Of a stretch of 64,000 nucleotides of DNA, positions 18,757 to 29,372 are shown piece after piece. This stretch comes from a virus. Its lineage: Duplodnaviria; Caudoviricetes. The stretch is taken from positions 1 to 64,000 of the IMG/VR virus record IMGVR_UViG_3300037478_000223. The stretch is one strand, 5' to 3'. Each line of letters starts with the position of its first letter. Positions within the stretch are counted from its first letter, which is position 1. Both the position numbers and the translations under genes were made by a program. The notes under the pieces were generated by a model that did not search any database, was not told where the DNA came from, and worked only from the letters and a program-made list of their open reading frames with translations.

Positions 18757-20436
18757 GGACAAGGGAGCGGGCCGATAGTTCGTCACCAGCATGTTTACGC
18801 GGTTTCTGAGGGACACGAGCGAGGACATGACACCCGCTTACATAAAGCGGGTGTCATCGTTGTGGGACTCGGCGCCGTGCACGTTGATCACGGATCATCG
18901 CTTCGAGTTCAGCTACCGATGGTCCGGTAGGCGGCCATGCCCGTCGCGCTGCTTCCTCTACAGGAAGTGAATCTCTGACACGGCGAGCCTCCAAGAGGAT
19001 CCGGCCCGCATCGCGTATCGCTTCCTAGCTCGGACGTCTCATCGATCTTCTTCGATGGATTCAGGTGGAGGAAGCCAGCCGTGCACGCCACAGTCCGAGC
19101 ATGGAACGTTGCTCCAGTACCTCCGCAGTCGCCGTCCAGATTCCACGTCTGCATCGATGAATCCCGATGGAAGCGGGTAGTCGTGCACCCGGTTCGGGCA
19201 ATCCGTGTCTCGGGGGCCCGGTGTTTCGTCTCCACCACAGATGTAAGTCATCCTCACTTCGTGATCCCATCAAGGATCTGCGCGTCGTCAGCGTCGTCCC
19301 ACCCTGGCACGCTCCACCCGTGCCATCCGCACGCCCTCCGCATCCCTGAGCCCCAGAACGTGCACACGTAATGCGTGTGCATGTGGTGGCCGTGTTCGTT
19401 GTCCATGCGGTAGCCCAGGATTCTGCGGTGTCCGCAATCGGGACACGGCAGTTTCGGAACCAAGAACCCAGCAGGGTCCCGGGGGCGCCCGTTGGTCATG
19501 CTGTGTCATCCCGTGTCGCGTCTTCGATGCTTTCCGCAGTCCAGAACGTGCCCCCACAGTACGGACACCACAGGATCTCAACACCCACAGTCCATACCGG
19601 CTTGCCGTCGAACCCGACATCGAAAGAGTGCGTCATGCGCGCGATGTCTTCGTGGTCGCAGACCATCAGCAAGGCTCAGCAAGGTTGATCTTCCCCGCCG
19701 ACGTGGCGCGCCCGATCACCGCGCCGCATACCTGGCACAGCAGGTTCCACCAGCCGCATCCGCAATCGCATGGGTCGCTCGTGCGAGGCCCGATCTTCTC
19801 CGGGTCGATGCGGTCGATGTCTGAGCAGTCCGGGCAGGCAAGGATGTCGATGGTGTCGGCCATGCCTCATGGTCTCCCACTCGCACGACCGTCTTCGATG
19901 CTGTATTCGAGTCCATCCCTGCTGAACTTCACCGGCCGTAGTCCCTTCTCTTGATCTGGCGTAAGCACGAAGCCTGTGACCGCGATGCCGGGGCACTCCT
20001 TCGTGTAGGTGTGCGGTCCGGTCCGGACAAGCAGGTCATCAGGAAGGATCGGGTACCGGGCGGCGCGGGGGTTTGCACCCTCGATCGTCTCGGTAGCTCG
20101 GAATCCATCTATCCCCTTCATCGTCCGATCATCCCACTCGCACGAGTCGCGGTGCCGGGTAGTAATGGGAGTAATACGTTACTACTAGAACTACCTACTA
20201 GTTTGGTAGGAGATACCTGCCTGTATTGACGTCCATCGATACAGCACGCTCGTGCCCACCACAGTGGGCACTTGCCCAAATGCCAACTGTGGTGGGCACC
20301 GGCGTGGACACGGCAGACGTGATAGGAAGGGGGTTGTCCGCCAAGACACCAGGTGATCACGCGATGATCTGGGCACATGAGGCCGGGCCGGAGGGCGGAT
20401 GGGCGCCCCGGCCCGGCTTCGCGTGCGGGACGATGC

Positions 20437-20519
20437 AGGAGTGTGGCAGAGCGGTCGATCGCGCCCGGCTGTAAACCGGGTCCCTTCGGGGGACGGGGGT
20501 TCGAATCCCTCCACTCCTA
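20437..20519 (+). tRNA. tRNA-Tyr (GTA), long variable arm, CCA not encoded
   Basis: AGGAGTG/CACTCCT acceptor stem, CCCGG-CTGTAAA-CCGGG anticodon arm, GGTTCGAATCC T-arm. Confidence 0.9.
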
Positions 20520-20523
20520 CCGG

Positions 20524-20754
20524 TTAGTCCCGAGGGTTCGGAACCCCGAACAGTTCCTTGTGAAGGTTCTGGCAGTATCCCCATACGTCGAACGTCTCGG
20601 ACTCAGCGCCAGCAGCACGCGACACTAGCCGGTGGCAACGCGTCAGGTCACCATCGGTCCCCCACCGGATTTGCGCGGCGCCTTCCCCCATCTTCCAATA
20701 CGTCTTGAGGCGTTCACTGGACAGAACTGCGGCAGTAGGTGATTCATCATTCAT
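20524..20754 (-). CDS. small conserved actinophage protein (YWxxGEGAAxIRWGTxGD motif)
   Basis: Motif recognition; also seen as a domain of head-morphogenesis proteins. Confidence 0.55.
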   Translation of the reverse strand: MNDESPTAAVLSSERLKTYWKMGEGAAQIRWGTDGDLTRCHRLVSRAAGAESETFDVWGYCQNLHKELFGVPNPRD

Positions 20755-21354
20755 GACTCATACCCCCTGATGTCTTCGATCGTTTCAGGTCGCTCCAGGC
20801 ACAAACACCAGTAGAACACCGGCGTCCCCAACTCTTCCGGATCGACTCCGGCCGCGATCAGGTCTTCACGTTGAGACGCGAGGCGCCTGCCCTCGTCTGC
20901 CAGATGTCGGCACTTCTCGTGCCCCGGTTCCGTGTCTGCCATGCTCACCTGATCAGTCTCCCCGCGTGCGGAGCTACCGCGTGGCGTGCGGCCTGTTCTG
21001 CGAACCATCCTCGGATCACTCGCGTCTGATGGATGGCGTGAGCCTCGCCCGCGTCGAACCGCATCTTGCAGCGGCACACCACGATCATCTCATCGTCGCT
21101 ACCGGGTTCGATGTACGCATGGACGACTGCGTGACGCGTCAGGATCCGTTCCAGCCGGTCCAGTAGTGCATCTAGTGCGCTCGGTTCGGGCATGGGATCG
21201 ACGGTATCGGGGATGTCGTGTGAGGGCTCTTCTTGGCTAGTTTTCTTGAACCGTTCAGCAACACGATAGACAACACGCCCAACGTGTCGGATACTTGGCG
21301 TGTCCATACCCAACACACATGGAACAGGACGGAGCACCCGGGGAGGTAGCGACC

Positions 21355-21846
21355 ATGCGCCACACCATCTCTATCCCGCGCGGCAACTACTGCGACCACG
21401 GAATCCTCAAGACCCAACTCACCCGAGATGGAGAGCCCTCGTGTGCTCTGTGCCGTCACGCCAAGCGCGTCCAGGATGAGCGCTTGGCGTACGCGGAGAG
21501 CGCGCCTGACTGGGGAATGCTCGCATCTGGTGACGACTCGTCGGATGAGGTGGTTATCCGTGATGAAGAGCTTCCCACTGCGCCCCCTCTGCCGGACAAC
21601 CTTCGCGTGCTCGCTGAGTTCCTGGACAGCCGCCCCGAGGCGTTCGATGTGATCCGTGACGCGCTGGCAGAACTGGACCGGCCACCTCACCAGCGGTTGC
21701 GGCACGTGCAGTGTTCGGAGTGCCCGACGATCTTCCCCGCACGGTCGTCTCAGGCGCGCACGTGCTCGAACGCGTGCCGTATGGCGCGGTCGCGGCGACG
21801 CGCTGAAAGGGCTGATGGCCCGGCTGACCTGTTCGCGTCTGTCTAG
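21355..21846 (+). CDS. Zn-finger protein (C-terminal CxxC...TCSNACR)
   Basis: GGAGG RBS; Cys motifs at both ends; motif shared with 52958-53236. Confidence 0.6.
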   Translation: MRHTISIPRGNYCDHGILKTQLTRDGEPSCALCRHAKRVQDERLAYAESAPDWGMLASGDDSSDEVVIRDEELPTAPPLPDNLRVLAEFLDSRPEAFDVIRDALAELDRPPHQRLRHVQCSECPTIFPARSSQARTCSNACRMARSRRRAERADGPADLFASV

Positions 21847-21874
21847 CGTCGTAGTTCCTGGGCGCGTGCTGCCC

Positions 21875-22375
21875 TCACGCGGGTAGCACGCGCTCATACA
21901 CCGCCGAGAACGTCAGCAGGGCCCCGGCCGACCACGTGAACGGCGTCGTAGCGTTCCACGCCAGCGCGCTGGTAGCATCCGTCGTCAGGAATGACACTGT
22001 GTTCCCGCCGCCCCGGGTGATGGTGATCCCCTTGTGCACGTTCAATCCCGTGGCCCCCGCCGATCGGGCGAACGCCACCCCAGCCGCCCGGAACACACCC
22101 GGCAAGGCGATATTGGTCGGAGTCCCGATCTCGATCACCCCCGTCACAGCGCCGGTCACGTCCAGGGAGCCCCACATGTGCACGATCCCCCGCGCCGCCG
22201 CCCAACGCGCCTGGGTGATCGTGGCCGGGATGTTCGTCAGCGTCGGTGTGTAGTCCGTGTACTGTGCCTGTGCCTCCAGGGACAACAGGCGCCGCTCTAG
22301 GTATTCGATCCGGATGCCGTAGTTCGCGAGCCTCCGGTTGATGTCGTAGTCACGTTGCAGCGTCACACCAGCCAT
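21875..22375 (-). CDS. minor tail protein
   Basis: Last gene of tail operon; beta-rich. Confidence 0.6.
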   Translation of the reverse strand: MAGVTLQRDYDINRRLANYGIRIEYLERRLLSLEAQAQYTDYTPTLTNIPATITQARWAAARGIVHMWGSLDVTGAVTGVIEIGTPTNIALPGVFRAAGVAFARSAGATGLNVHKGITITRGGGNTVSFLTTDATSALAWNATTPFTWSAGALLTFSAVYERVLPA

Positions 22376-22390
22376 GCGGGCGCCTCTCTC

Positions 22391-23656
22391 TCAGCAGTCG
22401 AAGCACGGTTCGAGGTCGTTGTCGTTCGGAAAGACCAGGTTCGCGGCCCGGTCGGCAAAAACCTGCGCTGTGACCTGCTCCGGGCCCTCCAACCCCACAG
22501 CGACCGACAGGCGACCGATCCTCACCTCAACGTCCGTGTTCGGCGTGTCCGGGCCGCCAATCATCGTCCAGTTCGGAGACGTGATGTCCAGGTTGATGAA
22601 GTTCCCAGGAGTCAGGTCGTCAATGGACAGGGTCGAGGGCCCGGCATCCGTCCCGTAGTCGAGGCCAGCGAAGTTCAGGCTGATGTTCGCGGCGTTGTCG
22701 ATGTGGTCGTCGAGGTACCCGAACGCGTGATCGTTCAGTGTGCTCGGATCAGTCACGGTGTCGAACACCGGCGCCGCGTCGTAGCGGGGAGCGTTCGGGA
22801 ACCCAGGCACGAAACCCGTCGTCTCGATAAACGCGTCCTCGCCTTCTTCCTGACGTCCGAAGGCGTCCACCAGGTTTGCCAGCTCGTTGGCATCGAGCTT
22901 GGGGTTGAAGTCGGCCAGGTGGTGCCATGCGATCGTAGGGATGGGTGACGATTGTAGCCACGTGTCCGAGAAGAACATTTCGGACACCCACAGATCCGCG
23001 TTCCGGAAATGCTCCATGCGATATACGGGCGCGTCGATGATTTGCAAGAACTCGCGCAACACCTCCCCGATGTATTTCCGGTCGGCCGCGAGATACGTCC
23101 GATCCCGCAAGATCGTGGGCACCCCACCGAACCCGCCGATCAGGTTGATTCCGGGCCCCGGTTCCGGGTCCAGCGACCCACCCTCGAAGTTGGTCCCGTT
23201 TGCGTACTCGACCAGGTTGGCCGCGATGCTGTTCTGGTTCACCGCACTGAACACGAGATCGGATCGGATCAGTCGGTAGTCCAGGTAGCTCTGAATCTCC
23301 GTGAACCCGAGCGTCACTATCCCGTCACTTGACCCATCGAACGACGTCACGATCCCGCCGAACATGTGCGCTGGATCGTGCCCAGTAGCAGAACCGCCAG
23401 CCACGCGCGAGAAGTAGATGCCGATCGCGTTCGGGTACATCTGGATCATCCGCACGAACGCTTCCGACAGGAAACCTGTACGCCCCCCCGACGTCACGCC
23501 ATGCCGGTTGAACCGGACCGTCCCTTGACCGGCCTCCAGGAACGACGTCTGAAACTCGAAGTCGATCGGAACGACGACCTTAACTACCTGACCCGTCGTG
23601 AGCTGAACCAGCTCAACACGCCAGTTCGCCGCACACTCGCACACCTGCTGGCTCAT
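22391..23656 (-). CDS. tail tip/hub (Tal-like) minor tail protein
   Basis: Second gene after tape measure; size and composition. Confidence 0.7.
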   Translation of the reverse strand: MSQQVCECAANWRVELVQLTTGQVVKVVVPIDFEFQTSFLEAGQGTVRFNRHGVTSGGRTGFLSEAFVRMIQMYPNAIGIYFSRVAGGSATGHDPAHMFGGIVTSFDGSSDGIVTLGFTEIQSYLDYRLIRSDLVFSAVNQNSIAANLVEYANGTNFEGGSLDPEPGPGINLIGGFGGVPTILRDRTYLAADRKYIGEVLREFLQIIDAPVYRMEHFRNADLWVSEMFFSDTWLQSSPIPTIAWHHLADFNPKLDANELANLVDAFGRQEEGEDAFIETTGFVPGFPNAPRYDAAPVFDTVTDPSTLNDHAFGYLDDHIDNAANISLNFAGLDYGTDAGPSTLSIDDLTPGNFINLDITSPNWTMIGGPDTPNTDVEVRIGRLSVAVGLEGPEQVTAQVFADRAANLVFPNDNDLEPCFDC

Positions 23657-25740
23657 CCCGAGATCACCGCGTTCTCCCACTCGATCTGGACGGAACCAGT
23701 GTCTGCCGGGTCGCCTGTAGTGAACGACACTTCATGTACGCCCGGTGACAGCGGGAACGTGTAATCACCCAAGAGGTGCTGCGTCTCGTCGCTTATCCCT
23801 GACGATGCTCGCCCCCACCTGGTATCCACGGTCACCCGTTCGAGGGCGCCGACATCTTCGTCATACGTGAACGAGAACGGGCCGTATGAAACGGTGATCG
23901 GAGCCGTCAGCGGCCCGTCAAGGCGGAACACCGGGAACACACACAGATCACCGACGACTTCGATCGTCGCCGGTTCGCCCGCTGTCGCGCCCTCGTTGAT
24001 CCACAGTTGTGCCAGGTCAAGCGTCTGGTTCGCCAGAGCGATTCCGCTCCATCGCAGCACCGGCTGCATGAACGCGGCCATCGCCGGTGCCGCGAACGTT
24101 TGCGTGAACCGCGTCCAATCCTCGGTCGCGTCCTGGTTAACGCCCGTCGAGGTGGACAGCAAAACGCCTCCCGCGTCGCGCCACACCGCATCGACCCTGG
24201 TCGAGATCGTGCCATCGGGTATCTGACGGGCCCACCACGCGAAAGCGTAATCGTTCCCGGCCGTGACCGGAATCCCGTCCGTACCAGACCCGGCCGCCGC
24301 GCCAGACATCGGAGATGTCGTGTTCGGCGTCGTGACGTTGATCGACAGATACGATCCGCCGTCCGGCGCACCCGACGAGATCGTGCTCTGTGTCGCTACC
24401 GCGTCCTGCGTGTCGAACGTGACATCGGTGAGCCGGTAGTCCTGCGCGATGTTGCCACCGGCCGCCGCACCAGCCGACATGCTCTGCGTATGCGTCGCGT
24501 GCCAGTTCCCGGCGCCTGTGTCCGCGAGTTGAAGGCGCGCATCCTGCGCGTCGAAGCGGAGCGTCACCCTCGCCGCCCCACGGTTCGAACGCATCCACTC
24601 CACCTGCGCCACACGCGGGCGCCCGCGCACCAGGTACGGCCCGAGGTAGGTTTTCTCTTCCTCGGTCGCATCCGCCTGGTGGCAGTCGGTGAAAAGCACC
24701 AGAATCGCCTGAGTGCACGAGCGTGACCACTCGGTTGTCAGTCGTTTGACCTTCTGCCGTGCGCTCATGGTCGCTGCAACGAACGGTTGCAGGAATGCGG
24801 GGGGAACGACCGACCACGTGTTTCCTGATCCGTCTACGAACGGTGTGGTGCCGCCAGGTTGGTCAAAGTTGGGGTTCGCGACGATGGTGCCGTTGATGCC
24901 AGTTCGGATCTCGGCGGAGAAAACGCGACCGGTTACAAGGTCCGCGGTCCCGTCGCTGTGACCGCCGATCTCTACCTGCGCGGGGCCCGCGAAGATCGAC
25001 GTCACGGCACCGGGAACCATAGCCCCCAGTTGGGTCCAGGTCATACCGTCTGTGCTGGTGTAGAAAGTGACTTCCCGTGAACCACCACCATTATCAACGT
25101 CCAATGTCGCGCGTATCCACAGTGGCTCACCATCTGCGATACTCAGCGCAACCGTAGACGCCACTGCGATGACGGCTGTTCCGTCATCGGACCAGACCAG
25201 GCGAATTTCACCAGCGGGGTTGATCTGAATCAGGTAAGACCTGTCTCCGACATCACCCCACTTGGTGACAGGCGACTGGAACATGTCCGGTGTCCAGTCG
25301 TCCATGGCGAGGTAGACGCGAATGTCGATATCGCCGGTTATTTGCAGTGGTGCCGAATTCGGTGTGAAAGCATGGCCGGGGGCTACTCCGTTGAGGACTA
25401 GCGCGCCATCAACCTGGGGCGTCGGCAAGCATCCCGGGCATGCGTCGTTCTTCACGATCACTTGGAAAGTCAACTGCCGGGGTTCGTAGTAATCCCCGAA
25501 TTGTTCCACGCCGTCGCGCTGCGCGAACGCCACATCCCCCGACCGCACGGACGGCACCCCGAGCCCATCCGGGGGCAGCAGCAGGCATCCGAGCGGCGTG
25601 GTGGGTAGGAACCCGTCTACCTCGCTGCCGCCCGAGAGGCTGATTCCCTGTGCCTGGGATGACACGATCTCGCCGTTGACGAAGTTGTCTTTGTTGTCCT
25701 GCCACATCACAGCGCCCCACGCGCCACTGTTCCGGCTCAT
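23653..25740 (-). CDS. distal tail (Dit-like) protein with LamG-like and CBM-like insertions
   Basis: Follows tape measure; QITGDIDIRV...DDW LamG-like segment; TAGNDY.F..W...WTRFTQTF.AP CBM-like segment. Confidence 0.7.
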   Translation of the reverse strand: MSRNSGAWGAVMWQDNKDNFVNGEIVSSQAQGISLSGGSEVDGFLPTTPLGCLLLPPDGLGVPSVRSGDVAFAQRDGVEQFGDYYEPRQLTFQVIVKNDACPGCLPTPQVDGALVLNGVAPGHAFTPNSAPLQITGDIDIRVYLAMDDWTPDMFQSPVTKWGDVGDRSYLIQINPAGEIRLVWSDDGTAVIAVASTVALSIADGEPLWIRATLDVDNGGGSREVTFYTSTDGMTWTQLGAMVPGAVTSIFAGPAQVEIGGHSDGTADLVTGRVFSAEIRTGINGTIVANPNFDQPGGTTPFVDGSGNTWSVVPPAFLQPFVAATMSARQKVKRLTTEWSRSCTQAILVLFTDCHQADATEEEKTYLGPYLVRGRPRVAQVEWMRSNRGAARVTLRFDAQDARLQLADTGAGNWHATHTQSMSAGAAAGGNIAQDYRLTDVTFDTQDAVATQSTISSGAPDGGSYLSINVTTPNTTSPMSGAAAGSGTDGIPVTAGNDYAFAWWARQIPDGTISTRVDAVWRDAGGVLLSTSTGVNQDATEDWTRFTQTFAAPAMAAFMQPVLRWSGIALANQTLDLAQLWINEGATAGEPATIEVVGDLCVFPVFRLDGPLTAPITVSYGPFSFTYDEDVGALERVTVDTRWGRASSGISDETQHLLGDYTFPLSPGVHEVSFTTGDPADTGSVQIEWENAVISG

Positions 25741-28310
25741 GCTGTCGGCACCCCCCCGATGACTTCACGCCGTGCCTGTGTCGCGAACCGGATATTCCAT
25801 GTCATCTCATCAAGTCGTCCGCCTGACGTCGTCGGGCCGGTGAACACCTGCGTCAGGTTCACCCTGTCAGCCCTATCACGTGCCCCTGTGGCGCCCGTTC
25901 CGCTCTGGAACGGCGTGGAGGCGAGTGCTGACGGGGCAAGGGGCGCTAGGGCCCGTTCCATGGCTCTGGCTGGCAGGTTGATGTTCTGCTGGATCCCGTC
26001 AGCGATCATCTGGGCGATGGCTTCACCACTGTTCTCCGGTGACCCGATTCCGGACAGCGGTCCGACGCGCGCGGGCGAGAACGGGAGGTAGCCCCGGATC
26101 GTGCTCGCCACGTTGGACATGGTGGAGGCGATCGTTCCGATGAGGGAGCTGATCCCGTTGATCAGCCCGAGCATGACGTTGCGGCCAGCGTTGAACAGCA
26201 AGCTGCCCAGGTTCCCGAGCGCTCCGACGATCCGGCCCGGGATGGAGGCGACGAAGCGGATTACCCGGTTGAGTCCGTTGCTCGTGGCCGTGAACACGCG
26301 CGAGACGCCTGACTGGAAGGCCGATCGTGCTCGGGACCACAAGGTTCGTGCGGCTGCCACGATGCCGGTTCCGAGGGCGACGAAGCGGTTTCGGACGTTG
26401 GCCACGAACCCGACGACGACGTTGATCGCGTCAACCACGCCTTGACGGAAGCGGATGCGCAAGAGCCCCCAGAACTGCTCTACGGTGAGACCGGCCTGGG
26501 CTAGTCCCGTGCGGAATGGGTTCGTGATGTTTCTGATGAGGGCCGCTACAAGCCCAGCGATGACCTGACCTACTCCGGCGACGATCTGTTGAATACCGGC
26601 CCACGCCGTTTCCCAATCGCCGGTGAAGACGCCTGTCATGAACGTGATCAGGCCGCCCAGGACGTTGAACAGGCCGCCGAGGATATCGACCACGGCCGTG
26701 ATGGCGGACACGAGCTGCGCGCCGAATAGGTCAAGCAGTAGCCCCGCGAGGGGTGCGATGAGTGGGAGGAATTCAGCGATGGCGGGTGCGAGGTTCGTTG
26801 CGAACAGGTCGCCTATCTGCGCGATTGCTGGACCGAGAGCAGTCACAAGAGTGGTCACCAGGGGCGCGAGGGCTTGCACGAGACCGACGATGAGCTGAGC
26901 CACCAGGCCGACGACTGGTGCCAGTCCGGTCAGCGCGGTCCCGATTGCCTCACCGAGCACGATCGCCACGGGCAACAGCGCGTCGCGGAGTGCGTTGATC
27001 TGGGGTAGAAGCTGTCCGATGACAGCGAAGAGTCCACCGAACACGGGGCCGATCACGGCGCCGAGTTCTGAGATGGTCTGTCCGGTCTGGGAGATGAGGT
27101 CGAAGAACGAAGCAAGTCCAGCTTGCGCGCCAGCGGTCTGCAAGAACTCGGCGAACTGCCCCGTCAGGTCCCGGAAGGTGGACAACAGGCCAGCGCCCAC
27201 ATCCGCACCGGCGCCGAACACGGATACCAGGATGGATCCAACGTTTCCCACGATGCCGAGTAGGACACCGAGAACGCTGTTGGCTTGATTGACGAACTCG
27301 GCAAGCTGACCCGATTGGTTGATCCCCTCAGCCCACTGCGCGAACGACTCCCCCACCCGTGTGATGGATTCCGCGAGGGAAGTTGCCGGGCCCGTAGAAC
27401 CCTCGAACAGACTCAAGATTCCCTGACCGAACGCGCCAATTCCGGGTAGCAGGGCGGCGAGGGTCCTGTTGAGCCCAGCCATGATCGATTCGATCTGCTG
27501 TGCCCCACCACCGGACGTGATGAAGTTCGCGAACCCGCGCGCGGCCTCGTTGAGTACCTGAGCGGTCCCCGTCAGCCCTGACTCAAGGCCAGGAAGGATC
27601 GCCGTGGAGATGTCACGCATGATCCCTGCCACGCCTCGGAAGAGGTCTTGTTGTACAGCCTGCTGCATGTTGGACCATGCCGGGGCAAGATCCTGAACAG
27701 CAGTCACGACGCGCTGTGCGGCAGGTGCGAGGCCATCCATGGCGGCGGTGAGTGCCTCTTGCGTGGCCTCGGACACCTCGCCGGTTCGCGCAAGTTCCTC
27801 CTGAGCCTTGGACTGTGCTTCCATCGCGTCAGCAAGACCTATGGACCCCACCCGTACGGCGAGTGCGGCTTGCCCGAGGGACGCGAAGGCGCCACCGGCG
27901 GACAGAGCCGCCCCGGATGCTTGCCCCACGGCACCAGCCACGGCGACTGCTCCGGCAACGACGCCTGCCAAGGCAGTCGGTATGGGCGCGATGGATCCGA
28001 TCAGAGCGGCGAAGCCGCCCCCGAGTTTCGCGATTGCGGATCCCTGTTCGGTGACTGCGCTGCCGATGGTGGATCCGAACCCGCGCCCGAACCCGCGCGT
28101 GTAGCTTCGGCCGGATTCCTCGCCTGCGCGCTCTGCTTCGCCGGTGCCCGCGCCGGTGAGTCCTGCTCCGATGGAGTCGGCTAGTTCATCTCCGACACGT
28201 CGGCCGACTCCAGACACGTCGATCCCGGCGAACCCGTTGCTTAGTGCGTCACGGATTGCTGCGGCGGGGTCGCCTTTGATGTCGAGGTTGACCGGTACGC
28301 GGATTGCCAT
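25737..28310 (-). CDS. tape measure protein
   Basis: 857 aa Ala/Gly-rich amphipathic repeats; C-terminal YLPFSPA..GPLSG motif; follows chaperones. Confidence 0.9.
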   Translation of the reverse strand: MAIRVPVNLDIKGDPAAAIRDALSNGFAGIDVSGVGRRVGDELADSIGAGLTGAGTGEAERAGEESGRSYTRGFGRGFGSTIGSAVTEQGSAIAKLGGGFAALIGSIAPIPTALAGVVAGAVAVAGAVGQASGAALSAGGAFASLGQAALAVRVGSIGLADAMEAQSKAQEELARTGEVSEATQEALTAAMDGLAPAAQRVVTAVQDLAPAWSNMQQAVQQDLFRGVAGIMRDISTAILPGLESGLTGTAQVLNEAARGFANFITSGGGAQQIESIMAGLNRTLAALLPGIGAFGQGILSLFEGSTGPATSLAESITRVGESFAQWAEGINQSGQLAEFVNQANSVLGVLLGIVGNVGSILVSVFGAGADVGAGLLSTFRDLTGQFAEFLQTAGAQAGLASFFDLISQTGQTISELGAVIGPVFGGLFAVIGQLLPQINALRDALLPVAIVLGEAIGTALTGLAPVVGLVAQLIVGLVQALAPLVTTLVTALGPAIAQIGDLFATNLAPAIAEFLPLIAPLAGLLLDLFGAQLVSAITAVVDILGGLFNVLGGLITFMTGVFTGDWETAWAGIQQIVAGVGQVIAGLVAALIRNITNPFRTGLAQAGLTVEQFWGLLRIRFRQGVVDAINVVVGFVANVRNRFVALGTGIVAAARTLWSRARSAFQSGVSRVFTATSNGLNRVIRFVASIPGRIVGALGNLGSLLFNAGRNVMLGLINGISSLIGTIASTMSNVASTIRGYLPFSPARVGPLSGIGSPENSGEAIAQMIADGIQQNINLPARAMERALAPLAPSALASTPFQSGTGATGARDRADRVNLTQVFTGPTTSGGRLDEMTWNIRFATQARREVIGGVPTA

Positions 28311-28945
28311 CTATTGGACTCCTTCGTTGAAGGATTCACCGTTACCGAACTCGTCGGCCATGACATCGGGGTCCCATGACGTACCTTTCAGGGATCCTCT
28401 GTAGCCGAGTGGCGGTACCTCGAAGTCGGCGCGTGCCTTCATTGCATCCTCTTCGGTTTTCCCTTCCATAATCCAGTAGAAGAGCAGATCGCATAGTTCG
28501 TCTGCGGTCAGTCTTCCGAGGTCGATTCCTTGGGAGATTGCGCGGCCCGTGACTGTCTCGCCCGACGCTTCCGCGATGCAGCGTTGGACGATGTAGTAGG
28601 GCGGCCGGAGTCCTTCCCTAGGAGTTGTTCGGCCAGCCACGCAAGGTGGAAGTCGTTGAGGATGTCGTCGGGGTCGTCAAGGCGTGCCTGGATCTCTGCC
28701 CAATCCTCCTTTCCGAATCCCTTGGCAAGCCATGCTTCCTGGGCGTCTTCCAGGGCCATCGCGGCTTCGATGGGCTTCATGTGACGTGTGCGACGGCGGG
28801 CGAGAAGGATCGGTTTGATGCCGGTCACCTCGAAGATGTACGGCTCGTCGTCGTCCGACATGCCGGGCAGGTACACCTCTTCTTCGCGCGCTTCGACCTG
28901 TGGCGCGTCCTTGGGTGATGCGTCTTCGTGTACTCGAATTGCCAC
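28311..28945 (-). CDS. tail assembly chaperones G (28508-28945) and GT (overlapping -1 frame to 28311)
   Basis: Two overlapping ORFs immediately before tape measure. Confidence 0.75.
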
Positions 28946-28961
28946 GAGCTGTCTCCTTTCT

Positions 28962-29372
28962 CTATACGGTTGTCATGTTGATGGGGCGAAAGTCGGATTG
29001 ACCGACTCGGGACATTTCGGCTTCCATGAGGGGGCGCAATCCCTTGTAGTTGTTCACCCACTTCACGGGCCGGGCAGCACCGGGCCACCACAGGGCGCGC
29101 TTACCCCATCGGGAGTAGCCAGCGGCGTTACGGGTCGCCGGGATGCGCCCGGGGTTACCCATGGGCGAAATGATGGTGGCGCGGCCGTTGCGGGCCGTGA
29201 CGGTCATCGCGTTCGCGGCGAGACGTCCGGCGGGGTGCTCGTCAATGCGTCGCTCTACGCGGCGGACGGTCGCGTGTCCGGCCTCTTCGGCTACTGCGGT
29301 GCGGATCTGCCTGACAGTGGAGGCGATCCCGGTGATTGGTCCGCTACGTCTGACTCGGATCCGTAGTGCCAT
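28962..29372 (-). CDS. neck/tail completion protein (HK97 gp10-like position)
   Basis: Basic; RALWW..RPVKWVN motif; position. Confidence 0.55.
   Translation of the reverse strand: MALRIRVRRSGPITGIASTVRQIRTAVAEEAGHATVRRVERRIDEHPAGRLAANAMTVTARNGRATIISPMGNPGRIPATRNAAGYSRWGKRALWWPGAARPVKWVNNYKGLRPLMEAEMSRVGQSDFRPINMTTV

Noticed and set aside
20437-20519. tRNA as an attP/attL integration site
   Set aside because: No integrase in the window and no duplicated 3' tRNA fragment seen.
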